The notes: a model not told the origin generated them from the sequence alone. A stretch of DNA of 64,000 nucleotides from Eledone cirrhosa (GCA_964016885.1 OZ024740.1:84010001-84074000), one strand, 5' to 3'; counted from the stretch's first letter, positions 41,369 to 54,833 are shown. Program-made: numbers and translations.

Positions 41369-44276
41369 TACGATATTAACAAATGGAAACTATATTAATA
41401 AAACCATATTTATTTCATTATACATATTTCAAGGACACCAAGTTAAATTATGGTGTGCTTTCATCAGATAAAATATAATATAGATCAGTTTTATAAATAA
41501 ATATTGATATATCCTTAAAGAATGCAACTCTTACTGTTGGAACCTCCCGGATAGTGGAGTTGTAGCTTAATTATATTATTAGTATTGGATATTTTTAAAA
41601 TAAGCCGTTGGGTTACGGAGAAAGAAAAAGATAGAAAAGGAGAGAGAGAGAAAGAACAAAACAACAGAGAGAGAAAATATATAGAGAGAGAGGAGACAGA
41701 GAAAGTGAGAGAGAACAAAAAACTCTTAGTCATATCTTGTTGAGTTAACTTAACAATTGAGATGAAATGAATAAATAAAATTAGAAATGTTAATGATCAT
41801 GAATGGAATATACATATATAATATGAGAAATTTAAACATTGTTTAAATATGATTAGATGTTTAGTTAATTAGTTAAATATTGAGATCAATATATAAAAAA
41901 ATTGGGATCGAAATATTAAGAAATCCATATATTATTAAAGATCTAAATTAAAGATCTAAATATTATATAACACGTATACACACGCGAAAAATACATAATA
42001 TAAATATATGTACACACTTATAAAATACATATATATATCTAACTACGTATATAATATATACATACAAAACATAAAGGATTCTTTAATTTAATTTAAGATA
42101 TAGGAATCTTATAAACTGTTATAATTGTTAAGATATTAAACATTTTTTTTATATACATTTTATTAGATTACCTGTTATGTAATTATGGCTATTATTATAT
42201 GTGTATCTGTCACGAATCTTGAGATAATCACTATACATAAGTGCAATCGTACATACACAATTCCCACATATACATACATACATGTACCCTCACAGTATAT
42301 AATTGTAATGTAAAAACTAATTTAAATTCATTTAATTTTGTGGGATCCACTTTCACAGAGTTTAAATCCCGCTTCAATAATCATAAACATTATTTTACAG
42401 ATCTAAACAAAAAATCTTCAACATCTAGCCTATTATGGGATCTCAAACTAAAGAACGTTGAATATTCGTTGATTTTGAATATTATTTCAAAGCTACTTTT
42501 TTTAACTCCTCTTCGGAAAATTGCGATCTTTGTATAGAGGAAATATTCTTTATATTAAAGACCAAAAATTCCCTGAACTTAAGAAATAATTTATTCAGTT
42601 GCTGTAGACATAGATTAAACTCAACGTTGAAATATAAATATCAATTTAAAATGTAATATATAATTAATTTATTAATTTTATTAATATATTGAACCTGTCG
42701 ATAAATCATTAGATTCCTTCATCTTTTTTGACTGATTGTACACTCAAGTAAAAATAACTTTTCTTCCTAAGTATAAATAAATATAATTAAAAAAATGTAA
42801 TAAACTATTCTAGAGAAATATACTGAGAGCTCTTGAAAGGGGAAAATATTTCTTATATTTTTACTTTTATTTTTGTCTGATAGCTTCTCCTATATTCGAA
42901 AGTTTATCCTTTCAAAGTTTCTGTTTGTTTCTCTTATGTATATAATATTAAGGTAAATATAAGTAGAACATTTCTATACTAAATCTATTAAACATACTAT
43001 TATTTTCAAATTATAACTTAAAATATTCTATAATATTTTAAAATTATATTGTTTTTAAAGTTATATTTCTTATAATTATATTTCCAAATCGTAATATAAT
43101 TCTTTTGTATTTTAGGTACTCAATTATACTATGTACTGTATTTATATATACTTCTCTCTATATGTGTGTATATATGTCTATGTGTGTATTGACATACATG
43201 TACATATGTTTTATGCGTATATGTCTATATGTATGTATATATATGTGTGTATATATATACGTGATGCGTATCTACCTATTTGTGAGGGTACATGTATGTA
43301 TATATATGTGGGAATTGTGTATGTACATGTGCGTGTATATCCATACAATTCGATTGCACTTATGTATAGTGATTATCTCAAGATTCGTGACAGATCGACA
43401 TATAATAACAGCCATAAATACATAACAGGTAATCTTATAAAACTTATATAAAAAAAATGTTGTTTAATATCTTAACAATTATAACAGTTTATAAGATTCC
43501 TATATCTTAAATTAAATTAAAGAATCCTTTATGTTTTGTATGTATATATTATATACGTAGTTAGATATATATATGTATTTTATAAGTGTGTATATATATT
43601 TATATGTATGTATTTTTGCGTGTGTATACGTGTTATATAATATTTAGATCTTTAATAATATATGGATTTCTTAATATATAGATCCCAATTTTTTTATATA
43701 TTGATCTCAATATTTAACTGATTAACTAAACATCTAATTATATTTAAACAATGGTTAAATTTCTCATATTATATATGTATATTCCATTCATGATTATTAA
43801 CATTTCTAATTTTATTTAACTCAACAAGATATGACTTATAGTTTTTTGTTCTCTCTCATTTTCTCTGTCTCCTCTCTCTATATATATTTTCTCTCTCTGT
43901 TGTTCTGTTCTTTCTCTCTCTCTCCTTCTCTATCTTTCTCTTTCTCCGTGAACCAACGGCTTATTTTAAAAATATCCAATACTAATAATATAATTAAGCT
44001 ACAACTCCACTATTCGGGAGCTTCCAACAGTAATGGTTGCATTCTTTAAGGGTATGTCAATATTTATTTATAAAACTGATCTATATTATATTTTATCTGA
44101 TGAAAGCACACCATAATTTAACTTGGTGTCCTTGAAATATGTATAATGAAATAAATATGGTTTTATAAATATAGTTTCCATTTGTTAATATCGTATTTAT
44201 ACTCCAAATATTTGTTGAGTGCTTTATATCAGTTATAAAAATATTTGCTTGTTGTATCCCAACAATTTAAATAGAA

Positions 44277-44280
<4 letters not shown>
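41369..44280 (+). mobile_element. 5'-truncated PLE with ~0.9-kb inverted duplication, GIY-YIG remnant and tail
   Basis: 41369-42293 is inverted relative to ~43281-44196. 42300-42620 encodes FVGSTFTEFKSRFNNHK..LLWDLK..CDLCIEE..CCRHR. Confidence 0.88.
44091..44147 (+). ncRNA. Hammerhead motif in PLE pseudo-LTR (copies at 41417-41473 minus, 59561-59617 minus, 62515-62571 plus)
   Basis: CTGATGA-AAG C ACACCA loop TGGTGT C CTT-GAAA-TATGTA. Core kept in all four copies; stem I register ambiguous. Confidence 0.65.
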
Positions 44281-44353
<73 letters not shown>

Positions 44354-44487
44354 CTTCAAAATATTAATAAATATAGACATTCATGTGATCAAATATATTT
44401 TATTATACATATTTCAGAGGTACTGAGCTATTTCATCAGTACGTCCTCGTCAGATAAAATAAATTAATGTCTGACATACCTCAACTG

Positions 44488-44538
44488 TGCTGATGGTTCA
44501 ATTCCAGTCTTGGCAAGACTGAAATTGAACCATCAGCA
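44488..44538. repeat. Near-perfect 51-bp palindrome
   Basis: 25-bp arms, one mismatch, 1-nt centre. Confidence 0.9.
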
Positions 44539-44547
44539 ATTAGCAAT

Positions 44548-44951
44548 TAGCTACGGCTTCCTAAAACCGTATTTCTTTGGAGATACGAAATATTTATAAA
44601 AATCGTGTAAAGCTATGCTTGGAGCGAAATCCTATTTATTTTTTATTATAAGTTGAGCCGACTCACGCAGCTTCATATGCAAATGAGATTAATCACAAAG
44701 TAGAAAACTATATATTCTCGCCTGTCTTCTAATCCAGCAGTCGCAAGCGGTGGGAGGGACCGTCCTGACGATGGTGAGTTAAGCCTGAAATGCATAGACG
44801 GTTGTCCCCCTTGCTTCTGCTGGACATCACCAGAGGGCGTTAGCCCCCCACTATTTCCATAGCTACGGATTCCTAAAACCGTATTTCTTTGGAGATACGA
44901 AATATTTATACAAATTGTATAAAGCTATGCTTGAAGCGAAATCCTATTTAT
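44548..44951 (+). mobile_element. 312-bp hammerhead-containing unit with 92-bp terminal direct repeats (retrozyme-like, 1.3 units)
   Basis: 44548-44639 is repeated at 44860-44951, with a canonical hammerhead between them. Confidence 0.75.
44734..44823 (+). ncRNA. Canonical type I hammerhead ribozyme with extended stem I
   Basis: ACCGTC-CTGACGA-TGGT GAGTTAA GCCT-GAAA-TGCA-TA-GACGGT (44759-44802). Distal pairings GCAAG/CTTGC and CCAGCAG/CTGCTGG. Confidence 0.85.
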
Positions 44952-44961
44952 ATATATATAT

Positions 44962-45158
44962 ATAACGAAGGAAATGTGGTAAGGAACCAGGTGGACCATA
45001 ACGCACCAAAGTACTCAATACTTAGGGTAGTAGAGTGGATAATAGGAACAAGTAGGACGCCGACGGCTGAGCTCAAGCCGTTTCAACGGCTAATTCTGGA
45101 CTCGTCCAGAATTACCCGTCGAAACGGCTTGAGCTTAGCCGTCGGGATCCTACTCGTT

Positions 45159-45236
<78 letters not shown>

Positions 45237-45378
45237 AACGAGTAGGATCCCGACGGCTAAGCTCAAGCCGTTTCGACGGGTAATTCTGGACAAGTCCAGA
45301 ATTAGCCGTCGAAACGGCTTGAGCTCAGCCGTCGGCGTCCTACTTGTTCCCATTACCCATATATTACCCATATATTAC

Positions 45379-45381
<3 letters not shown>
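44962..45381. mobile_element. Two opposed copies of a fold-back pseudo-LTR element separated by (TA)n
   Basis: 45042-45162 and 45232-45350 are each palindromic and are reverse complements of each other. Related to 25187-25375. Confidence 0.8.
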
Positions 45382-45462
<81 letters not shown>

Positions 45463-45689
45463 CACACACATACACAAATATATATATAAACACACACATG
45501 CACATATATATTAACCCACATACATATAAGAAAACACCCACACTCATATATTTATAGAAACATACAAACACGCAAACATACACATATATATATATACAGA
45601 CACATATACATATAAATACACACACTCATGTACACAGCCACTTTACTATGAAACACAATATTAAAACATTTTTCTTCCCAATTATTTTG

Positions 45690-47150
45690 TCACTATCTCT
45701 CAAAATATTACCACTCTCTCACTAAAACAGTATACCTTTCTCCCCCTCTCTACATATGGCTACATGCCTCACTCTCTCTCACTAGATAAATATTCGCCCT
45801 CTCTCACTAACCACCGAACTCTCTCCCCACTCTCTCTATTCGACTATATACCTCAATATCTCACTCTCACAATTCCCCCTCTCTCACTAAACAAACAATT
45901 ACCCTCCCGTCCACTATATCCCACTACATACCCCACTCTGTCTCAGAATTCCCGCTCTCTCATTAAAACACCAATTTATCTCCCCCTCCCCTCTATATTC
46001 CACTACACGCACTTAATTCTCACTCTCTATAAACAAACCATTTCTCTCCCGCTTTCTATATCCCAGTATATACCTCACTCAAGTTCCCAATTGCCACTCT
46101 CTCACTAGGCCACCTAATTCTCTCCCCCTCCCTATATTTTACTACATACCTCACTCTCTCTCACAACTCCCCTCTCTCACTAAACTAATAAACTCTCTCC
46201 CCCTTACTTGATATCACTACAGACCACACTCTCTCACAATTCCCCCTCCCTCACTAGCCAACCAATCAGTCTCCCCATCTTTATATAAAAATACTTACTT
46301 CACTCTCTCTCACTGACTTAATTTCCCCTCTGTCATTAAACCAACAAACTCTCTATCTATCTATCCTACTACATACCTCACTCTCCCTGAGAATTCTCCT
46401 TCTCTCATTAGACCATCAAATTCTCTACACCCTCTATATATCTTACTTAATAACTAACCTCGCTATATTTCACTCTATAATTCCCTATCTCACTAAATAA
46501 ATTCTCTCACCCCTCTCTATAATGCATTCATACCTGACACTCTCTCACAATTCTCCCACTCTCACTAGACCACTAAATTCTCTACCACTTTCTTTATTCT
46601 ACTACATAACTCACTACATTTCACTCTCATAATTCCCTCTCTCTCAATAAACCAACGAATTCTCTCACCCCTATCTATGACCCACTCATACCTCACACTC
46701 TCTGACATTTCCCCCTCTCTCACTAGACCACTAAATTCTCTCCCACTCTCTATATTCCACTACATACATCATTCTCTCTCACTGTCACAATAGCATCTCT
46801 CTCACTAAACCTACAAATTCTCTCCAGCTCTCTATATCCCACTACATATTTCACCCACTCTCTCAATTCCCTCTTTCTCATCATACCATCAAATTCTCTC
46901 CTCCTCATGCATCAATCTCTCTCATAGTTCCCCCTCTCTCACTAAAGAAACAAACTATATCCCCACTACTCTATACCACTACATACCTAACTCTCACAAT
47001 TCCCCCTCTCTTGCTAGAGCACAACTCAATTTCCCCCTTTCTATATCCTACTACATACCCCATTCTCTCATACAATTCCCCCTCTCTCACTAGACCACCA
47101 AATTATCTCCCCCTCTCTATATTCCACTACATAACTCACTCTATTTCACT
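45690..47150. repeat. Degenerate pyrimidine-rich minisatellite (unit roughly 70-80 bp)
   Basis: Recurrent CTCTCTCACTA(G/A)ACC..AATTCTCTC..CCACTACATACCTCACTCTC, with almost no G on the plus strand. Confidence 0.8.
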
Positions 47151-47599
47151 GTCTATATATATATATATGTGTGTGTGTCTGTGTGTGTGTGTATACATAT
47201 ATATAAAATATGTGGGTAATATCAAATATTATCCAATAACAAGTATGAACATAGCTCAATGTAAAATAACAAATATAATACAGAGCCGAAATACTTTAAA
47301 AATAAGAATCAAAGAGTGTTTAAGCACATTTAATTACTAGCGATCATTTCATCCAAGCACAGGGCCAGAATCTTCGGCGCATAAATCAAAGGTTAAAATA
47401 CAGATAAACTTGTCAAAGAACATTCTAGGCCTACACAATATGGAAAGAAAGCAAAAATAATATATATTAACATTCATATAAGAGAAGAAAGCAACAAACA
47501 TATGAAAAACATGATAATATAAATGTAAATAAGAGCAGTTAGAAGCATTAAACCACTTTAAAACATGCTAGTGTAGAGAAAAATGCTGCTATAAGGAAA

Positions 47600-48100
47600 T
47601 TAAGCATAATGCAAGGCATACAATATAATAATAAATTTACATATAACGTAAGTATTACAAAAGTCTATAAAAGCTAGTGCATGGATCAAATATAAGAATG
47701 CAAAAATACATCTTAAAAGTATATTTTAACATATATATAATAAAAAGTTCTACTACATCTTTCAGTCTTAAGTATATAGAAAATCTATTATACTTCAAAT
47801 GTAATAATATCCGCTGGGTGTAGTCAGCAAAATAAACGTTAAAATGTTCAAATGTTGTTATTATTAATACTTAACCAAACCAATCGAAAGGATTAATATT
47901 AGAAAATGACCAGCAAAGTAAGATCCAATATATAATAATTGCTATCATCAGAAAAAGGTACCACATATATGAATAGGATGGAGAAAGTCATATACTAATT
48001 ATACACAACTCCTTCTTAATTTAGAGTTTTAAATTTATCAAATAACGATTGATGGAAATAAAATAAGAATGAAAGGGAGGTAATTCATAAATATCTTTTA
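47600..48100 (+). pseudogene. Possible highly decayed DNA transposase (Sola-like) remnant
   Basis: IISAGCSQQNK (~47803) and EKG.TYM (~47950) resemble the DGCxxQNKN and GHTxMxxD motifs. Very degenerate; boundaries unknown. Confidence 0.3.
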
Positions 48101-50069
48101 AATGAGAGTTACAAATTACCAAATGTTTATTTAGTAAGTCAAGGTGTAATAACAACAATAATAAATATTAGGACTAATGATTATAGAACTAATGATTAGG
48201 TCTAATGATTATAGAATTATTTTTAAAATTATTAATCATAATTTTAGAATAATATGATATCAAATACTAATAAAATGATTTAACAACGTATAGCATAATG
48301 CTGTATATTACTAAAATTTATCAAAAATTTAATGAAAAAATTTCTTAAAGAGATTTTTTTTTTATTCTTTAAAAAAACTTGTTTATACATATTCCAAATA
48401 ATATGGAAGGATAAAAGAAATAATAAATCACCTAAAGATAACAAATAAATACTAATTAATTAATAATTTAATAAATTATGTAAAACTTGAAGGTATACTA
48501 CTGGAAAAACCGAGATAGAGGCAATGGCTAATATAATAATAAAATATTAATAAAAATAAAATCAGATCAGGTGGACTTATTAAAGATAATAATATAAAAG
48601 TATTAGAATTTTTTTTTTAAATATATATATAAACCACTTTTCATTTGCTATCTTTTAAATTCTCATGTTGCATAAGTGATTATCTTATATATCTTAAAAA
48701 GCAACACTATTTCATATAAATCTAAACTATAATAAAGTAAGAAGCGCGGGACTGCGTACGGTTTATAATTTTTCATCCCATTCGTAAAATAAGTTGGATT
48801 ACTTTGAATAAATAATGAATGAATATTACATAATTTATCTACTAAATTTCGTGGCTGTTCATTAAATATATTTATTATTTTTTAAAGATTCACTTCTTTA
48901 ACATTTTCAAATGTCAACACTTCCTGTCACTAATTTTCTCTTAATGCAGTTTATATATAATGTCGTCTTTTTTTTAATGTATCATGGATTACGTTACTGA
49001 TTACATAAGACAGTGTAACACAGTCTTCGTTCAATTTCTGTGTATATTGTCAATTGCGATTTTATATGACATATCATATCTACATGTATATATACTTGCG
49101 TATAATATCAATATACATACTACACATGATAGCAGAAAACCACCCGAAGGGTGTTTTTTCTGCTAGTACGCTTAATGGGAAAACATTTTAAAACAACCAA
49201 CAACCATACCTGTTATGAGCTATTATTGAATAACAAGAGAACTGTATTTAATAATGTCAAAAGTAGTGCGCAGATAGATGTTTTCACAAAGATCTGCATT
49301 AATATACAGACGCTCACTTCCTTTATATTTTTTAACTCCATGACAAACTTCATGTTTAGTGAACTCTTTTAGTCGGAACTGGTGCATCTACAGCTTCCTC
49401 AATAATTTACTTTTGTTTCTTAAAATTATACTACGTGTATCAAGAGAGATTCTGGTGCTATATTTACCAAGTTCATCTACCCCATACAGGTTTTATCAGA
49501 AGATTGTGTGAGTATGTATTTTAAAAAACAAACATGGATTCGTGTGGTATATTGATGGAAAAACTACTTTTCTCCAACTGTATTAATCTTTTGTTATTAG
49601 CCAAATGAGAGGTAAATAGTATGTGTTGTTTCTAAGAAGTACAAGGTAGTATACTTATAAATGTTTGATAGGGATCAGAGCAGAAGCGAAACGCCGAATA
49701 CGTTATGATTTTGAGTGTTAAATTTCATCTTTTTCCTTATTGTGTTTGTACGTTTGAGTGAAAAAAATGTGTGTTAGAGAGAAGGGAAGCGAGAGTGTGT
49801 GTGCGCCAGAGAGAGAGAATATGTGTGTGTTCCATTTTTATTTTTAAGGTTGTTAGATACTAATTTGATAAGGTTTGTGAGTAGTCTAGTTGTAGAATAT
49901 ATTGAGCTTAAACCCGTTCGAAACTGTTGGGGATTTAATAAAGGGGTCAGCTTAGAAAGTAAATTATATTTTTATTTGATGCTGTTACATTTCAAGATTT
50001 GATATATTTTTAATTGTCATATTGATTCCTCTCTTTCATATTCTGGTGCTTTAGGCACCACATCACAAC

Positions 50070-50225
50070 CCACAGCAGTAGCAGCAGCATTAGCAGCAGC
50101 AGCATCACCATCAGTAACAGCACAGAAACAACAGTAGCAACCGTGGAGGTGGTAGTAGTAGTAGTAGTAGTAGTAGCAGCAGCAGCAGCAGTAAATTTAT
50201 TATTAGTAGTAGCAGCAGCAGTAGT
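50070..50225. repeat. (CAG)n/(TAG)n microsatellite
   Basis: Directly visible. Confidence 0.85.
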
Positions 50226-51642
50226 TTACATGAACATTTGATTGCTTCGTTCTAATAACTCTAGAGGTAGCCGTAGAAGATTGGAAACAATTTTTCAGAT
50301 GCAGTTTAAATTACTTAATGTACTTACTATTATTTTATTTCATTTCATTGTGTCTATGAAAATTAATTTGTCGCTCTTTTAATTAAAACAGAAATAGCAG
50401 TAATAAGATTATATATTTCTCCCATCAATAGACTTCTCAGTAAATAAACTTTTTGTATATATATTTGAAAGTTTGTATTTAGATAACATCGATGAGCTAT
50501 ACTACCATAGTTTTTAGTTAGTTTAGTTTTAGTGTTACTGTTAACTTTTCCTAAAGTTCTATATAAAATTCGCAAATAATTGTATAAGTACATATATATA
50601 GACTCCTTGTGTGACAATTTTTAAAGCTGACGTAAGCATGAAATATTGTTTAAATACATATGTGATCGATTCAACGTTAATTATTATAAACGAACAAAAA
50701 GTCTGTATTTTTAAAAATAATTTGGGTGTACTAATTATATACATTTAGATACTATTTTAATTTTTTCAGATATTTCAGCAATGTTAGTGTAGTTTTTATA
50801 CCAGCATTTATTGGTATTCCAATATTTTGTCAATTTTTATTTATTTCTAAACCAGCATTTATTTAATTCTTGATTATATGTTTTATTCATGTAACTTTTT
50901 CCCCATTGTTACTTTTTATCAGGTAACAACATTATATTCAGCTATATTTAATCATATATATTCGTATAGAGGGAACATAACTGCCATTTCAATCTTATCT
51001 GTTTCTTATGCTGTAACAGATTTCATTTTTAATCAACGCAATGCTTAACGTCATCGCAAATCTAGAACGTAATCTATTATAACATTTATATATTATTCTT
51101 ATTTTTTGGGGAAAACATTGAAGTAGAGAAATAAAAGCTTCTTTCATAGAGTTGAGGTAAATTGGATGCGAGAAATCATAGCATATTATTCTTCAAGTAT
51201 TCATACGTTCACATATTACTTCTGGTTCAGAGATAGGCTTGCTTCATTACAAAAGCCTTTAACATAGTGAGTATACGCATAAATAAATAACCAGACACCG
51301 GGGGACGCAGCTCCAAATGAATTTGAAAGAACTGAGACTAGAAAGATTATAATATGATGAAATAGGATAACATAACGTAGGTAAGATAAATAAATAAAAG
51401 TAATAAGCTATAGCATATGTGATGAGTGGTAGATAGAAGAGTAGATAGTAGACGAATGAATAAATAAATGAATAAATGAAATATATCAATTAAATATGAA
51501 TACAAAATATCAATGACGAAATGTGACTTATGGGATAAGAGGTTTATATGGAAGGGGTGCATGGTGTATGCATCGCGGTACAAAACTCAAATCACATATT
51601 TTACTTAAAATATTATTGCTATATGAGTAGTGTTAAAGTCTA

Positions 51643-52318
51643 CTAGACTACCCGTGACCCGTTGGGTCACTAATAGTTCAAGGTACCCGAGAAACTTGTT
51701 TTATTCCATTTGTATTCACATTTCAGGGTTATGTTACTTATGCACCGTTTTGGCTATTTATTAAGGTGCCCAGAAAACCCTATATTTCGGGAACCCAAGT
51801 TCCAATTTACGCGAAAGTTGTTTTATTCCATTTGTATTCCCATTTCAGCGTCAACTTCCTTTCAAAGTATTTTCCCATTATGCACTCTTTTGGCTGTATT
51901 ACATTACAGACAAGCAAGCAAGCAACCACAGAGTTTTAGTAGTAGAGTTGAGTCACGTTTACTTCAAAATATTTTTTTAAATCATGTTCACTTAAAAATA
52001 ATTTTTAAATAATTAAAATATCCACAGACATATATATAATGTAAAATGAAACTGGAAGGCCCATATATATACGTGTGTGTATGTATATATATATATAAAT
52101 GTGTGTGTATAGATATATTTATGTGTGTATATATATATGTATATATATGGGTGTCTGTGATCTATATACACTGGTCATAGACACACACACACAAATAATC
52201 ACACATATATATATATACACAACAACACCAGCTCTCTTCCATCCTCCTTCTCTGTTTACATTCCCTCTCTCTGTATCTATTTCAATCTACTCTCTCACAG
52301 CCCCTATCTCTCTCTCTC

Positions 52319-52387
<69 letters not shown>

Positions 52388-52576
52388 ATGGGGGTACCCG
52401 GAAAAAAACCCATATCTCGGGACCCCGTGCTCCGATTTACGCGAAACATTGTTTTATTCCATTTGTATTCCCATTTCAGAGCAACTTCTTTTCAAAGTAT
52501 TTTCCCATTATGCGCCCTTTTGGCGTTACAGACAAGCAAGCAAGTAATCACAGACTTTTAGTATTATATAGATAGA
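51643..52576 (-). mobile_element. Non-autonomous Helitron
   Basis: Minus strand begins TCTATCTATATAATACTAAAAG and ends GTGACCC AAC GGGTCAC-GGGTAGT-CTAG|T. Internal duplication ~51760-51945 vs ~52390-52565. Confidence 0.8.
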
Positions 52577-53209
52577 TAATTGTGAAACCGTGAGTAAGAG
52601 CTTTATTCGTTTTACTTTACCTTGCATCAATATCTGATCAAAGATATGTGTGTCTTAGGCTAATGCTGAATTTCCAAACTCACGATCATATATTTCATTT
52701 GTTACACCACACTGTTACATTACGCTAGTTAATATCTTGTGCTTCAGTATTCTGTTTACATGTGAGAGGCGCTTCCCAAGTAGTCTTCATAAAAGAAAAC
52801 TACCGTTCAACATTACTTTGTCGAATTGAACTTACATTACTTAATTGAACTTTGTGAAATTGAATTATTTCCACTCTGATTCTGATAATTATTAAACGTA
52901 TAAATATAAATTCTATTTTGTTCAAAATAATTGCATCCAAATAATTCAATTTACATTATCAATAAAAGGCACTCGCATATGTATGAGTGAAAAGACAGAA
53001 TTAATGCAATAGAAGTAGTTAGAAGTGTGTAAATAAACTTTTTTATGTGAATGTCACTTGTTCATTTAACTTGTAACAGCCTGGAGAACCTAGCCATAAA
53101 TAATTTGCAAATTTGCAGCAGCGTGTAATTTCATCGTTCTAAGCAACAGAGACTGAAAATGTTAATTTCTTAACATTAAGCTCCATTTCTTCTGAGAGTT
53201 TACCTAAGA

Positions 53210-53393
53210 CAGACCTGCCAACCTCTAAAAATCCAAACGGGGAGTACCATGAAAAACGTGGCCTAAAACGGGGCAAAATGGGGAGATTTTACATAATTAA
53301 AGCTATACCTATTCTCATAAGAGAAAACATCTCTCACCCACCCCCAAAGTGGTGGGTGATCTCCCCGTCTGGCGGGTAGAGTTGACAGGTCTG
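53210..53393 (+). mobile_element. MITE with TIRs and 6-bp TSD
   Basis: TIRs CAGACCTGCCAAC/GTTGACAGGTCTG; flanking direct repeat CTAAGA. Confidence 0.85.
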
Positions 53394-53821
53394 CTAAGAA
53401 TTAAAGGAGAGAGGATAAATTGGACTACTCAAGGAAGATGAAGCATATAAACGCCTAAATGTGGAAGAACATGTATAATTAACATGTCAGTTTCTGTAAT
53501 ATTACCCTTTTACCATTATTTTACAAATTATATTATTTTTTGCAGGAATTATATCAACCATTTACCGTTGATTACTCTAACCATTCAATCGTATGTAGAA
53601 TATCAGTCTCTGATTGATTTACTCAGTTATGCCTAAACAGTCGTAGTTAATTACCTGGTTTAGGATTCACTGGCTGAAGAATTCGTTCAGACACTAATAC
53701 AAACAATTTCTGTTTTACTAAGTTACGGCAGAGTAATTAATTATGTTTGCGCACTCAATTATGTTACGGGAATCTTTGCAATATATCATTACGTTACATG
53801 TGTTATTGAGATATTTTGTGA

Positions 53822-54037
53822 ACGAGGTTAACTTTGCCTTTCATCCTTATGGGGTCGATAAAATAAAGTACCAGTAATGTACTGGATAATTGCTGGCCTT
53901 GTGCCAAAAGTAGAAACAATTATTTTAACCGTGAGGTACTATTAAATATAATGTTGGAAAATAAAACATAATGCTCGCGGTTAAAATAATTGTTTCTACG
54001 TTTGGCACAAGGCCAATTACTGTTACTTTATTTTATC
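53822..54037. mobile_element. Two SINE 3' fragments tail-to-tail forming an inverted repeat
   Basis: 53822-53923 is a plus-strand SINE 3' half; ~53985-54037 is an inverted tail. Confidence 0.7.
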
Positions 54038-54113
54038 AGATGATTGGCTTTTATTTTTAGAATGACACCTAACACAGTAGAGGTTTCTTGCGTTAGCTCC
54101 TCACAATCTTATA

Positions 54114-54316
54114 CAGACCTGTCAACTCTCCCTGCCCGACGAGGAGATCTCCCACCCACTTTGGGGTGGTTGAGAGATGTCTTCTCTTGGGAAAATGAGT
54201 ATAGCTTTCATTATCTAAATTCTCCGCATTTTGCCATATTTCTCCCTGTTTGGGGATGGGGGGCACTTTTTTTTCATGGTACTCCTCGTTTGGGTTTTTA
54301 GAGTTTGGCAGGTCTG
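54114..54316 (-). mobile_element. MITE, second copy in opposite orientation
   Basis: Reverse-complement homolog of 53210-53393; TSD CTTATA. Confidence 0.85.
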
Positions 54317-54636
54317 CTTATAGGGTCTTCAGTCAAGCTGATGACATGTCAATGACAGAGCCAACAATTCAATATTCAGTCGCCCTATCTTTCAACATTC
54401 TATAGACATAGTCACTTCTTGATGGCCTAATGCTTGTTTATTGTTGTTTTTTTAAATATCAAATGACAGTATTGAACCGATTTATTGGTAAGTGTTCTAT
54501 TAACTAGCAATAATTATTACAAATATATCCAACAGTAACCTTTCCTATCGAGTGACGTTACCACACCGGGTGTGAGATATCGCACACACAATACACAACT
54601 GACAGGCATTTGAGTATATTATTCTCTTCTGCTTGT

Positions 54637-54833
54637 GGGGTGGTGAATTGGCGGTGAATTGGCAGTATCGGTAGAGAGTTGGACGCCATGCTTTCTAGCA
54701 TAGTTACGTCCCTTTACAGTCTGAGTTCAAATCCCGCCGAGGTTAACTTTGCCTTTCATCCTTACGGGGTCGATAAAATAAAGTACCAGTAATGTACTGG
54801 GTAATTGCTGGCCTTGTGCCTAAAGTAGAAACA
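54637..54833 (+). mobile_element. Full-length tRNA-derived SINE with 19-bp TSD
   Basis: A-box-like TGGCAGTATCGG, B-box GAGTTCAAATCCC and central GCCTTTCATCCTTACGGGGTCGATAAAAT (resembles the MetaSINE domain, from recall). TSD ATTATTCTCTTCTGCTTGT on both sides. Confidence 0.9.

Noticed and set aside
42815-42905. Two hammerhead-like traces after the GIY-YIG remnant
   Set aside because: Cores are broken (CTGAGAG, CTGATAG) and stems are weak.
44425-44460. Minus-strand CTGACGA...GAAA
   Set aside because: Stems I and II do not pair.
54650-54740. tRNA gene
   Set aside because: The A/B boxes belong to a SINE head with TSDs; no cloverleaf.
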